DNA of 45,023 bases from Flavobacterium sp. (GTDB lineage Bacteria; Bacteroidota; Bacteroidia; Flavobacteriales; Flavobacteriaceae), in the NCBI GenBank assembly GCA_017987725.1, contig JAGNTC010000002.1:1-45023 (forward strand). The letters run 5' to 3'. The notes beneath the pieces are model-generated. The model saw only the letters and a list, made by a program, of their open reading frames with translations, had not been told where the DNA came from and searched no databases. Shown in pieces: positions 1-8,592 of the stretch; position 1 is the stretch's first letter, and every line of letters starts with the position of its first letter. The position numbers were made by a program, and so were the translations under genes.

Positions 1-338
1 GCTCTAGAAAAAGGGGTGGAAATAAATATCATCCCTTTGGATTGCACGTATTGCATCAAAGCCAATTCGTCGGCTTCGTTGAGCGAACAACGTTCCATGA
101 TTTCATATATCGACACATCGGCATTGCCTGGAATCACTTTTTTGGCGGCGCCACTCATTTCATCTTCGACAATGTGGGTTTGGTGTTTTACAATTTCGAC
201 ACCGGCACGGGCAGCGGCATCGACAAAAAGTTTGGCCAATTCGAGCGAACCTTCATGGTTGATACCTATTTCGGCAATGACAACCGGTGGATAATCTGGC
301 CCTATCTTTCGACCTGAAATTTCAAATACTGAATGCAT
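1..338 (-). CDS. neuB: N-acetylneuraminate (sialic acid) synthase, 5' part (runs off the left edge)
   Basis: Not in the ORF track. Manual translation from ATG at 338: [112 protein letters not shown]. It has the NeuB motifs [13 protein letters not shown] and STPFS, and neuA lies two genes upstream. Confidence 0.95.
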   Translation of the reverse strand, partial: MHSVFEISGRKIGPDYPPVVIAEIGINHEGSLELAKLFVDAAARAGVEIVKHQTHIVEDEMSGAAKKVIPGNADVSIYEIMERCSLNEADELALMQYVQSKGMIFISTPFSR

Positions 339-340
339 GA

Positions 341-982
341 CTAATATTTTCTTCGTTTTCTTTTGATAAAAGTGGCTATTTTTTGTTGGAACCAAAATAC
401 ATTCATGGCAAAAGTAGGGTTGATAAAAATAAGCTTTCCTCCACCAACGTATGCATTGACTTGCTTTTTATCAATATGCGCGTAAGGCTTGTGTCGGCTT
501 AATGTAATGATGTCCACGTATTTATGATTTGGAAACAACTCCAAAACTGTTTGGGTTTGTCCCAATCGATCGCCTTCGACAAATATAATTGTATGTGGCT
601 TACAATAGCCAGCAATGTCATGCAATGCGGCATCAGATCCATCAATAATAATCAAATCAAAGGTTTGTTTGGCGATTTCGGAAAGTTCAGTATATAAACC
701 AATGCGGTTAAAATTGGTTACATTTTTCGGCAATGCGGCCAAACAAAAATCATTTTTTTCAGTACCAACATAGTTGATTTCATGAGAATTAGTATCGGCG
801 TATTGCAAAACCGTATCAGATATAGAGCCAATTCCCAATCCCAGTTCAAGGATGCTTTTTACATTAAATTTTTCGATTAAATTAAGAATAATCTCCAGCG
901 CAAATTCACTTGCGATGTATTGACTTCCCTCGTGGCTGCAAAAAATTTTATAATTCTGTACTGCTAATTCTTTGTTATTCAT
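341..982 (-). CDS. Putative class I SAM-dependent methyltransferase-fold protein
   Basis: Motif I-like [13 protein letters not shown], an acidic strand-2 residue (YVGTEKN) and FDLIIIDGS. Start placed at ATG 982, which overlaps the neuA stop (ATGA); the ORF track extends to 1009. Confidence 0.6.
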   Translation of the reverse strand: MNNKELAVQNYKIFCSHEGSQYIASEFALEIILNLIEKFNVKSILELGLGIGSISDTVLQYADTNSHEINYVGTEKNDFCLAALPKNVTNFNRIGLYTELSEIAKQTFDLIIIDGSDAALHDIAGYCKPHTIIFVEGDRLGQTQTVLELFPNHKYVDIITLSRHKPYAHIDKKQVNAYVGGGKLIFINPTFAMNVFWFQQKIATFIKRKRRKY

Positions 983-1647
983 TTTTCTTTTTGATGTGTT
1001 ACTACCCAATGCGCATAGTCCAAATCTTCCTTGGTATCAATATCAACAGTAGCATAGGGGTGATTAATTTCAAAAGGGAATGCATTTTCGCTTAGTATTA
1101 CATCGGTCAACAACAATTTGGATTGTATAATATACAATAACCCATTTTCAAAAAATAATGGTTCTAAATCCTGACTTCTTTGGCCAAAATGATAATTGAA
1201 TGGCAGGTATGTGTTGTTGGTAATTTTTCCAAACTTTTTGTGGTCTCTACTTACTGTAAACAAGCTATCCACTCCTTTTTGCTGAAAAAGCGCATAGGCC
1301 TCTTCCAATAAGTTTTTAGGTCTTAGCGGATTGGTTGGCTGCAATAGCACTATGTTATCGATTGCATAGTCAAGCTCTTGGATAACGTGTTGTAAAGCCG
1401 TAATAGTGGGTTCAAAATCACCCGATAGCCGCGCAGGTCTATCCATAACTTGAGCGCCAAAATCAAGGGCAATTTGTTTGATTTGTGGGCAATCTGTACT
1501 TACATATATTTCGTCAATAATTGTAGGGTTATGTTGGGCATACAGAATACTATGTGCCACTAATGGCAGTCCATCAAAAGGCAAAATATTCTTGTTTGAT
1601 AATCGCTTAGAACCTCCCCGAGCGGGAATAATGGCAATGTTCTTCAT
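979..1647 (-). CDS. neuA: CMP-N-acetylneuraminate synthetase (acylneuraminate cytidylyltransferase)
   Basis: Motifs AIIPARGGSKRL, VSTD, LLQPTNPLR, ENGLLY and VDIDT. Confidence 0.93.
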   Translation of the reverse strand: MKNIAIIPARGGSKRLSNKNILPFDGLPLVAHSILYAQHNPTIIDEIYVSTDCPQIKQIALDFGAQVMDRPARLSGDFEPTITALQHVIQELDYAIDNIVLLQPTNPLRPKNLLEEAYALFQQKGVDSLFTVSRDHKKFGKITNNTYLPFNYHFGQRSQDLEPLFFENGLLYIIQSKLLLTDVILSENAFPFEINHPYATVDIDTKEDLDYAHWVVTHQKEK

Positions 1648-1676
1648 ACCGCTAAATTAAAGCCGAGTAAAAATAA

Positions 1677-2600
1677 CTATTTTTCGGGATTCCAATAGAT
1701 TATAGCCTCGTTTAATTGATCGTACGCTTTGAATTGAGTGGCAGATAAAGGCTTTCTTTGTTGAACTAGTTTTGGTATTCTAAAAAGCAAGTCTACGGTA
1801 GCAAAAAAAAATGGCCCTGCAAGTTTGAATTGACGAGTACGAATCATTTTTTGAAGCTGTTTAATCCACGAATACATCCAATATTTCATTGCATCTCGCA
1901 AGGGATATAACAAAAGAAAGGTGAACCAATCCGCGCGCAATGAACAGCGGTATCGGTAATAAAATCCAACTTTATGTTTGGCGCGTTGCTGTAAATTAAC
2001 CCGATGATGCACCAAAATTTGTGGCACATAATGCACTGAAAAATGCTGTTGATAAACTTGTAGAGAAGCCCAATTTTCTTCCCCATAAAAGGCATACCAC
2101 TCCGGATAATCGGGAATAGCGTCCCAAACTGTTTTGCGCCACACATGGCCACAGCCCACATAACTTTTTACAAGCAAAGGTTCAGCTGACGTTTCGGTTG
2201 TGAGGGGCAAATCTGTTGACCAAAAAATACGGAAAGCCAATACTCCTGCACTAGGTTGTGTTTCAAAATACTGCTGAATAGTTTGCAGCACAGCTGAAGA
2301 TAAAAAATGAGCATCGTCATCCAGCGATATAAGATAGGTTGCATTTATCTCGTTTAACATCTTGTTTCGGCAATACAAATAGCCTTTGGATGTTTCATTT
2401 CGCCAAAGTTCAACTTGAGGAAATTGAGCCCGAACCAACGAAGAGGTATGATCTGTAGATCCGTCGTCAAACACAATACAACGCAAGGCAGGATGGGCCA
2501 ATAGCTCCGTCGATTGACCAAGGGTGTACAGTAAATCCGCTTGGCGATTTTTGGTCGCAATACACAAGGCAAAGGTTGGTAATTGTTTTGCGTTTGGCAT
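1677..2600 (-). CDS. Glycosyltransferase family 2
   Basis: GT-A motifs CIATKNR, VFDDGSTD, SLDDDAH and YGEE. Confidence 0.9.
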   Translation of the reverse strand: MPNAKQLPTFALCIATKNRQADLLYTLGQSTELLAHPALRCIVFDDGSTDHTSSLVRAQFPQVELWRNETSKGYLYCRNKMLNEINATYLISLDDDAHFLSSAVLQTIQQYFETQPSAGVLAFRIFWSTDLPLTTETSAEPLLVKSYVGCGHVWRKTVWDAIPDYPEWYAFYGEENWASLQVYQQHFSVHYVPQILVHHRVNLQQRAKHKVGFYYRYRCSLRADWFTFLLLYPLRDAMKYWMYSWIKQLQKMIRTRQFKLAGPFFFATVDLLFRIPKLVQQRKPLSATQFKAYDQLNEAIIYWNPEK

Positions 2601-2606
2601 AGTGTA

Positions 2607-4403
2607 TTACATTTCTTGTAAAGCAACCATAGACGAAAAAACGGATGACGTTTGCATAAGCTCTTTAAAATTACCCTGCGCGAGTACTTTCCCTTCGTCC
2701 AACACCACAATGAGATCAGCCGATTTGATGGTGGACAAGCGGTGTGCAATAATTACTAGAGTCATCGCACCTTTGATTTGATCAATACGATCTTGAACAA
2801 ATCGTTCTGTTTTGGTATCCAAAGCCGAAGTGGCTTCATCGAGCAATAAAATGGATGTGTCTTTATATAACTCTCTGGCTATAGCCAAGCGTTGGCGCTG
2901 CCCACCCGACATAACCACCCCGTTATCGCCAAGCAAGACATCTTCTTGTAAGGGATGAGAAGTAAAAAAAGACAGGAGATCCACCTGAGCAAGTACGTGC
3001 TGAAACTTGGTTAAATTGGCAGGATTTTTGGGTGCCCAAAGCGTAACATTATTATACAAACTATCCGAAAAAACAACCACTTCTTGGGTAATAAGACCAA
3101 TTTTACTGCGGTAGGAATCACGATTAAAGGAGGACAAAGGCAGACCGTCAACTGTAATTTGTCCTGCAGTTGGACTGAGTAGACCTGTCAAAATATTTAA
3201 TAATGTGGTTTTTCCAGAACCGCTTTTACCTACAACGGCTATGGTTTTATTTTTAGGGATAATCAATGTAATCTCATCCAATACCAATTGATGCGGGTGA
3301 TATTGAAACGAAACAGCTGAAAAAGTGATGTTGGATTCCACACCTTTAAATTCAGCACCGACTAGAGGTTCTGCATGGGCTGAAAGGTCTGTTTGAAATT
3401 CCTGCATGTGTTGAACCGAGCCCACATATTTTAAAAAGGCAGTCCAACTGAGCTGAGCATTCATTAGGCTATTGAAGGCACGGTAAAAAAATAAAATACT
3501 TGGCAAAACAGCCAATAAGCTGCCTCCAAAAAAATGCAATTGCACATAAATTGCAGTGGCCAAAAATACAATTACAATAGGTTCACGTATGGCTAATACT
3601 CTGGAACTGATTAAACCAATCTTTAGCTGATCTTCCTCAATGTTGTGAATAGTATCTTTTATTTTAGCTACAAATCCTGGCATGCTGGCAGTGGATTTCA
3701 GGTATTTAAAATTGGTCACGGACTGAATGACAAGCGAAGCCAAGCGGTTGTTTTTTTGAACAACGGAAAATGATAAAAGTTTGGAATGACTATACAGCCG
3801 TTGCAACAGCCATTTTGACAACAAGCCACCGCCAACAATGATCAAGGTAAATTTGGCATTGACCCAAAATGACATGCATACGTAGACCAAAATAAAAACG
3901 GTATGTTGAATCACAGAGATATAGTGTACGTAGGCACTATTTACATTATTGACCTCGGCGGTTAATGTATTTTGAATTGTTCCTCCATCGGTACTGCTGA
4001 ATTTTTGGTAGTTCACAGCTGCCAAAGCATCAATCAAGGAGGTGCGTATTTTACGGATAAAATAAGAGTTGACTATGTTACGGTAATATACATCCCAAAA
4101 ACGAAACAAGGCCTTAATAGAGAAAAAAACGACCATAATTAGCAAGACAGAATTGATCGTTGCTGGAAGCTGTAAAAAATCAAGTAGTTGTCTAAACAGA
4201 CTACTTAACTTGCTTGCTTGAGCGGTAGCGTTTGCATTCGCCACATCAAATAAGGGAATGAAAACAGATAAACTTAGTGCGTCCATAAAACTCACACACA
4301 CACTAATGATTAAAACGGCCACTAATTTTTGCTTTAAATAGTGTTTGAAAAAAAACAAATAATTGAAGTACGTACTGAGGTATAAAGTAAACTGCTTAAA
4401 CAT
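2607..4403 (-). CDS. ABC transporter, fused permease/ATPase (MsbA/PglK-like; putative lipid-linked glycan flippase)
   Basis: N-terminal transmembrane domain, Walker A GKSGSGKT, signature MSGGQRQR, Walker B LLLDEATSALD and IAHRLST. ATG 4403 is preferred over TTG 4430 because a promoter box overlaps 4428-4435. Confidence 0.88.
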   Translation of the reverse strand: MFKQFTLYLSTYFNYLFFFKHYLKQKLVAVLIISVCVSFMDALSLSVFIPLFDVANANATAQASKLSSLFRQLLDFLQLPATINSVLLIMVVFFSIKALFRFWDVYYRNIVNSYFIRKIRTSLIDALAAVNYQKFSSTDGGTIQNTLTAEVNNVNSAYVHYISVIQHTVFILVYVCMSFWVNAKFTLIIVGGGLLSKWLLQRLYSHSKLLSFSVVQKNNRLASLVIQSVTNFKYLKSTASMPGFVAKIKDTIHNIEEDQLKIGLISSRVLAIREPIVIVFLATAIYVQLHFFGGSLLAVLPSILFFYRAFNSLMNAQLSWTAFLKYVGSVQHMQEFQTDLSAHAEPLVGAEFKGVESNITFSAVSFQYHPHQLVLDEITLIIPKNKTIAVVGKSGSGKTTLLNILTGLLSPTAGQITVDGLPLSSFNRDSYRSKIGLITQEVVVFSDSLYNNVTLWAPKNPANLTKFQHVLAQVDLLSFFTSHPLQEDVLLGDNGVVMSGGQRQRLAIARELYKDTSILLLDEATSALDTKTERFVQDRIDQIKGAMTLVIIAHRLSTIKSADLIVVLDEGKVLAQGNFKELMQTSSVFSSMVALQEM

Positions 4404-4427
4404 ACTTGGTGATGCTATTTGGTTTAG

Positions 4428-4466
4428 CAAACATACTATATAAATTTGAGTGTAACAGCAAACGTA
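4428..4466 (-). promoter_or_regulatory. Two tandem Bacteroidota -7 promoter boxes upstream of the ABC/neu operon
   Basis: Minus-strand TATGTTTG (4435-4428) and TACGTTTG (4466-4459) both match TAnnTTTG and lie in the divergent intergenic region. Confidence 0.5.
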
Positions 4467-4594
4467 TGTTTTGCAAGTACCAATTTGTATGTGTTAACAA
4501 ATGATTATCACTGCAATTTATTTGCAGTTTAAATCGTTTTTAGCCGGTTTATAAAAACTAATTACCTAAATTAGCGGCAATTATATAAAAAAGC

Positions 4595-5335
4595 ATGTTT
4601 CCATTCCTCAATAGAAAACCTTTTTTGAATGACTTAATTCCAAGCAACCACGTGGACATTCATGCCCATTTGTTGCCCGGAATTGATGACGGTGCCAAAA
4701 CCATAGAAGATTCAATCGAACTCATTACAGGTATGCAAGCGTTGGGCATTGACCAATTTATTGCAACACCACACGTAATGACTGCGGTATGGGAAAATAC
4801 CCGCCTTGGGATTGAAACCAATTTTAACTCAACCAAAGCCCTATTGGCCTCACATAAACCAGATACTTCTTTGCGAGTAGCCGCTGAGTACCTCATGGAT
4901 GGTACATTTTTGGAGCTCATGCACAAGGAACCTTTACTGACGCTCAAAGACAATTATGTGCTAGTAGAAATGTCCTATTTAAGTGCGCCGATTCAGTTGT
5001 ATGACATCATTTTTGAAATTCAATTAGAAGGATATAAGCCAGTATTAGCCCATCCAGAACGCTATTTGTTTTATCACCAAAATACCCGAGAATTTCACAA
5101 ACTTAAACAACAAGGCTGTTTGTTTCAGTTAAACCTTTTAGCTACCGTGGGGTATTATGGTGCGAATGTTGCCCAAGCGGCCGAAACTATTTTACTTAAA
5201 GGCATGTATGATTTTGTGGGAACTGACGTACATCACCAAAATCATTTGAAAGGCTTGTCCCAACGCGTTAGAACAAAAGGGCTTGACAACTTGAAAGAGG
5301 CCATGTCAAACAACCAACTATTTAGAACTAAATAA
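4595..5335 (+). CDS. PHP-family tyrosine-protein phosphatase (CpsB/CapC type)
   Basis: Motifs DIHAHLLPGIDDG, ATPH, LAHPERY and GTDVHH; convergent with wzc. Confidence 0.92.
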   Translation: MFPFLNRKPFLNDLIPSNHVDIHAHLLPGIDDGAKTIEDSIELITGMQALGIDQFIATPHVMTAVWENTRLGIETNFNSTKALLASHKPDTSLRVAAEYLMDGTFLELMHKEPLLTLKDNYVLVEMSYLSAPIQLYDIIFEIQLEGYKPVLAHPERYLFYHQNTREFHKLKQQGCLFQLNLLATVGYYGANVAQAAETILLKGMYDFVGTDVHHQNHLKGLSQRVRTKGLDNLKEAMSNNQLFRTK

Positions 5336-5339
5336 TTCC

Positions 5340-5380
5340 AAAAACAGCTTAGCGAATTTCTTCAAACTAAGCTGTTTTTT
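5340..5380. terminator. Bidirectional intrinsic terminator between the phosphatase and wzc
   Basis: AAAACAGCTTAG ... CTAAGCTGTTTT inverted repeat with A and T tracts on either side, between convergent genes. Confidence 0.8.
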
Positions 5381-5389
5381 TATGATTAT

Positions 5390-7804
5390 TTATTTCTTTT
5401 TCTTAGCAAAAGGATTGGTGAAAAATGGTTTTTTCTCCTCTTCTACTCCGTATCCATAACCATAGCCGTATCCATAACCATAGCCGTAGCCATAACCATA
5501 GCCGTATCCATAGCCATACGCTTTGCGCCATACGGTTCGGTTCAATAAGATGGACATATTGGGGAGTTTTTTCTCGATAAAGAAGCCTTCAATCACTTTC
5601 AAGAAGCGTTTGTCCAAGTAATTGGAACGAATCACATAAATAAAAGCGTCTGCATACTTGGCCACCAAAGTAGTATCGGTTACCAAGGTAATGGGTGCGG
5701 TATCCACCACAATGTAATCGTACTCGGTTTTGAGTTGAGCGAATAATTCACCCAATTTTGAATTCATCAATAAGTCTACCGGATTTGGAGGAATTACCCC
5801 AGAAGGAAGGATAAATAAATTATTCAATTCCTCTATCTTCACGATGTAATCGTTGATGTTTTCGTTTTGTTTGGCCAAATAATTGGTTAATCCCTTGCTC
5901 GGAAGAGACACGTAACGGTCAATTTTTGGGTTTCGGATATCTAACCCAATTAACAATACTTTTTTGTTGGTCATGGCAATGGTACTGGCCAAATTCATGG
6001 TCACAAAAGTCTTTCCTTCTTTGGGTAAGGTGGAGGTGACAAACACGGTTTTAGCCAAACCATCGGGTACCGCACCCAACATAAAATCCAAATTGGTTCG
6101 CACAATACGGATGGCTTCAGCAGAACTAGATCGGCTGGATGCTTTGAAAATTTCATCCTCTGTATCTGATTCGGGAACATCACCCAAAAATGGCACAATT
6201 ATTTTTCCTTCGATGTCTTGACGGTATTTGATTTTGGTATCAAACAAATCCAAGATGTAGATTAAGGAAATGGGCAGAAAGATTCCGCCAGCAAAAAACA
6301 AAATGTATACAATGTATTTAATTGGCGAAACAGGTGCCGAAGTGGCACGTGCAGCATCAATAACCTTGGCATTTGGCGCTGTTACCGACAACGAAATTGC
6401 CAACTCTTCGCGTTTTTGCAACAAATACAAATACAAGGTTTCTTTGATTTTTTGTTGACGATCTATGATGCGGTATTCCCTCTCTTGGGTAGGCACTCGG
6501 GTGATTTTTGCTTGATTGAGGTTGTTCTGTTTGTTGATGTCAGACAACTTAATTTGTAGCCCTTTTTGCAAACGAAATAAACTTTCTTGAATGCCTTGGG
6601 ACAATTCACCTATTTTTTGATCAAGATTGATGATAATCGCATTTTTGGCCGTTCCGTCTTTACTGATGCGGTTGCGTTGCAAAACCAAATCATTGTGCTG
6701 AATAATTTGTGGCGTGGCGGTATTTCCTTCTTCGGGTAAAATGTTTACCGGGATTAGCTCGCCTTTGGCTTTTGTTTTCATGAAATCAATCATGGAACCG
6801 ACCACTTTAATCTGCGTTTCGGTTTCGATGGATGTTTTTTCAAAATAAGATGAGTTTTGAAGAAATATCCCCGATTCAGAGACGATATCCGTCAATTTAT
6901 TGGCTTTTTTAAAGCCTTCAGCATCCTTTTCTACATCGCCTAATTCTTCTGAAATAATACGCAAACGATTCTCAACAAAGGCTTGTGTCGTCTCGGAAAC
7001 ATATTTTTTATCGGCAATCGCATCCTCGTTGTAAATCTCAATAATGGTGTTGAGTAAATCTTCGGATTTGGCTCGAACAGGATCATTTACACTCAATTCA
7101 ACCACGCTTGTATTTTTATTGAGCGGAGCAATGGTAAGTCGTGATCGGTAACTTTCTACTACATCTTTCAATCGTTTTTTGAATGCTGTTACTACAAAAG
7201 TCTTAGACGGTTTGGCCGCATAATGTTCTGTTTTGTTTACAATCAATTGCTGATTTTTGGTCTGAATTACGGCACCATATGCAAATTCGCCAATCTTGTT
7301 TTTGTCTTTTACGCTCAGTTCAAAGCTGTTGTTGTCTTTGCCTTTTATGACATACGTTACAGACTGATTATCGTAGCTTTTTGCGTTTTGAAGAAAAACT
7401 AATTTTACGGGAGATTCTTTGTATAACTCCACATCTTTTACACGGGCTTCTTCAAAATAAGTTAAATCAAAGTCCAGTTTCCGAACTGCTTTTTCGATTA
7501 CCGTTCTTGACTTTATAATTTGAATTTCATTGTCCACATTGCTTTTCACTCCAGTAAGTAATCCCAAATCGGAGAAGGCTTGCAGCTCTGATTGCACACC
7601 ACCTTTGGACTCATCTTTCACCAATATACTAGCCGAAGCTTTGTACATGGGAACCGTGTAGCGAATGTAGAGAAACGCCAACAGTAAACTCAACACTGCA
7701 CCCGCAAGTATCCATTTCCAATGAATGAAATATTTTTCTATTTGCTCACTGATGTTGAGGCTTTTATCTTTGTTTTCGGTAACTAAATTCTGAAGTTTTT
7801 GCAT
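5390..7804 (-). CDS. wzc: Polysaccharide co-polymerase / BY tyrosine autokinase (Wzc/GumC), copy 1
   Basis: Wzz-like domain with two transmembrane helices, Walker A STLPKEGKT, A' IGLDIRNP, Walker B IVVDTAP and a C-terminal (YG)12 cluster. Confidence 0.95.
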   Translation of the reverse strand: MQKLQNLVTENKDKSLNISEQIEKYFIHWKWILAGAVLSLLLAFLYIRYTVPMYKASASILVKDESKGGVQSELQAFSDLGLLTGVKSNVDNEIQIIKSRTVIEKAVRKLDFDLTYFEEARVKDVELYKESPVKLVFLQNAKSYDNQSVTYVIKGKDNNSFELSVKDKNKIGEFAYGAVIQTKNQQLIVNKTEHYAAKPSKTFVVTAFKKRLKDVVESYRSRLTIAPLNKNTSVVELSVNDPVRAKSEDLLNTIIEIYNEDAIADKKYVSETTQAFVENRLRIISEELGDVEKDAEGFKKANKLTDIVSESGIFLQNSSYFEKTSIETETQIKVVGSMIDFMKTKAKGELIPVNILPEEGNTATPQIIQHNDLVLQRNRISKDGTAKNAIIINLDQKIGELSQGIQESLFRLQKGLQIKLSDINKQNNLNQAKITRVPTQEREYRIIDRQQKIKETLYLYLLQKREELAISLSVTAPNAKVIDAARATSAPVSPIKYIVYILFFAGGIFLPISLIYILDLFDTKIKYRQDIEGKIIVPFLGDVPESDTEDEIFKASSRSSSAEAIRIVRTNLDFMLGAVPDGLAKTVFVTSTLPKEGKTFVTMNLASTIAMTNKKVLLIGLDIRNPKIDRYVSLPSKGLTNYLAKQNENINDYIVKIEELNNLFILPSGVIPPNPVDLLMNSKLGELFAQLKTEYDYIVVDTAPITLVTDTTLVAKYADAFIYVIRSNYLDKRFLKVIEGFFIEKKLPNMSILLNRTVWRKAYGYGYGYGYGYGYGYGYGYGYGYGVEEEKKPFFTNPFAKKKK
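5447..5519 (-). repeat. Four tandem 18-nt units encoding (YG)12 in the Wzc tail
   Basis: Plus strand from 5448: ccgtatccataaccatag twice, then ccgtagccataaccatag, then ccgtatccatagccatac. Confidence 0.95.
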
Positions 7805-7818
7805 GAGGAATCAATTTA

Positions 7819-8574
7819 TTAACGAAGCAACACCACTAGTAAAGTAACCAAAACAGAAATGGCTGAAATGGTGGCCGTAACATTTGGCCCTACAGCTGAA
7901 GCATTCACACGGGTTTTATTGGGCTCCACCACCACTACATCGTTTTGAGCCAAGTAGTAAAAGGGAGAATTCAAGAAATCAGATTTGGTGATATCCACCC
8001 GGTTGTAGGTTTTTTTTCCTTCTACTTCACGTATGATTAATATGGTATTTCGCTTGCCGTAGATCGTTAAATCACCCGCCAAACTAATGGCCTCAAGCAA
8101 GGTAATGCGCTCACTTGCCAAGGTAAATGAATTGGGTTTTAATACTTCGCCTAGGACAGAAACCTTAAAGTTCAAAATCCGCAAATTGACAATCGGATTT
8201 TTGATGTATTCGGCAACGGCTGAGACTAATTTTTCTTTGGCTTCTGTGCGCGTAAGGCCGCCCAACTTCATTTTGCCAATTACGGGAAATTCAATGTAGC
8301 CGTAATTATCAATTAGATAGGTTTTGATTCCGTTTTGGTTATTGTTAATTTCGTAGTTACCTTGAATTTGTGGAAGATTAAAAGGCACGGTCAATTCTGG
8401 ATTCTCAGCCGAAACAATGATGCTCAACAAATCATCGGGTTGTAATTTGGCTTCGTATAGGGTGGAGCTGTCGTAACTTTTGACTTGGTCAATGTCTTGC
8501 ATATACACCACTTTTTTCTTTGAAACACAAGATGCAAGTAGGCCAACTAACAACAAAAAGCAGATTTTTTTCAT
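7819..8574 (-). CDS. wza: Polysaccharide export outer-membrane lipoprotein (Wza family), copy 1
   Basis: Lipobox LLASC, Poly_export motif (LQPDDLLSIIVS...GYIEFPVIG) and SLBB (VLGEVLKP, TLLEAISLAGDL). ATG 8574 preferred; the ORF track extends to 8589. Confidence 0.93.
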   Translation of the reverse strand: MKKICFLLLVGLLASCVSKKKVVYMQDIDQVKSYDSSTLYEAKLQPDDLLSIIVSAENPELTVPFNLPQIQGNYEINNNQNGIKTYLIDNYGYIEFPVIGKMKLGGLTRTEAKEKLVSAVAEYIKNPIVNLRILNFKVSVLGEVLKPNSFTLASERITLLEAISLAGDLTIYGKRNTILIIREVEGKKTYNRVDITKSDFLNSPFYYLAQNDVVVVEPNKTRVNASAVGPNVTATISAISVLVTLLVVLLR

Positions 8575-8592
8575 AAGAGTAGGATTCACAAA

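Noticed and set aside
16-317. Plus-strand ORFs 16-294 and 42-317
   Set aside because: They are antisense shadows of the minus-strand neuB.
1803-1811. A9 tract in the GT2 gene (also T9 at 25301-25309 in wzx and A8 at 34811-34818) as phase-variation switches
   Set aside because: A/T runs of 8-9 nt are expected in AT-rich DNA, the reading frames are intact and there are no long G/C tracts.
4426-4475. Repeated AGCAAACRTA and the imperfect palindrome GCAAAC-GTAT-GTTTTGC as an invertible promoter or operator
   Set aside because: The elements are short and imperfect, are largely explained by the two -7 boxes, and no invertase or long inverted repeats are nearby.
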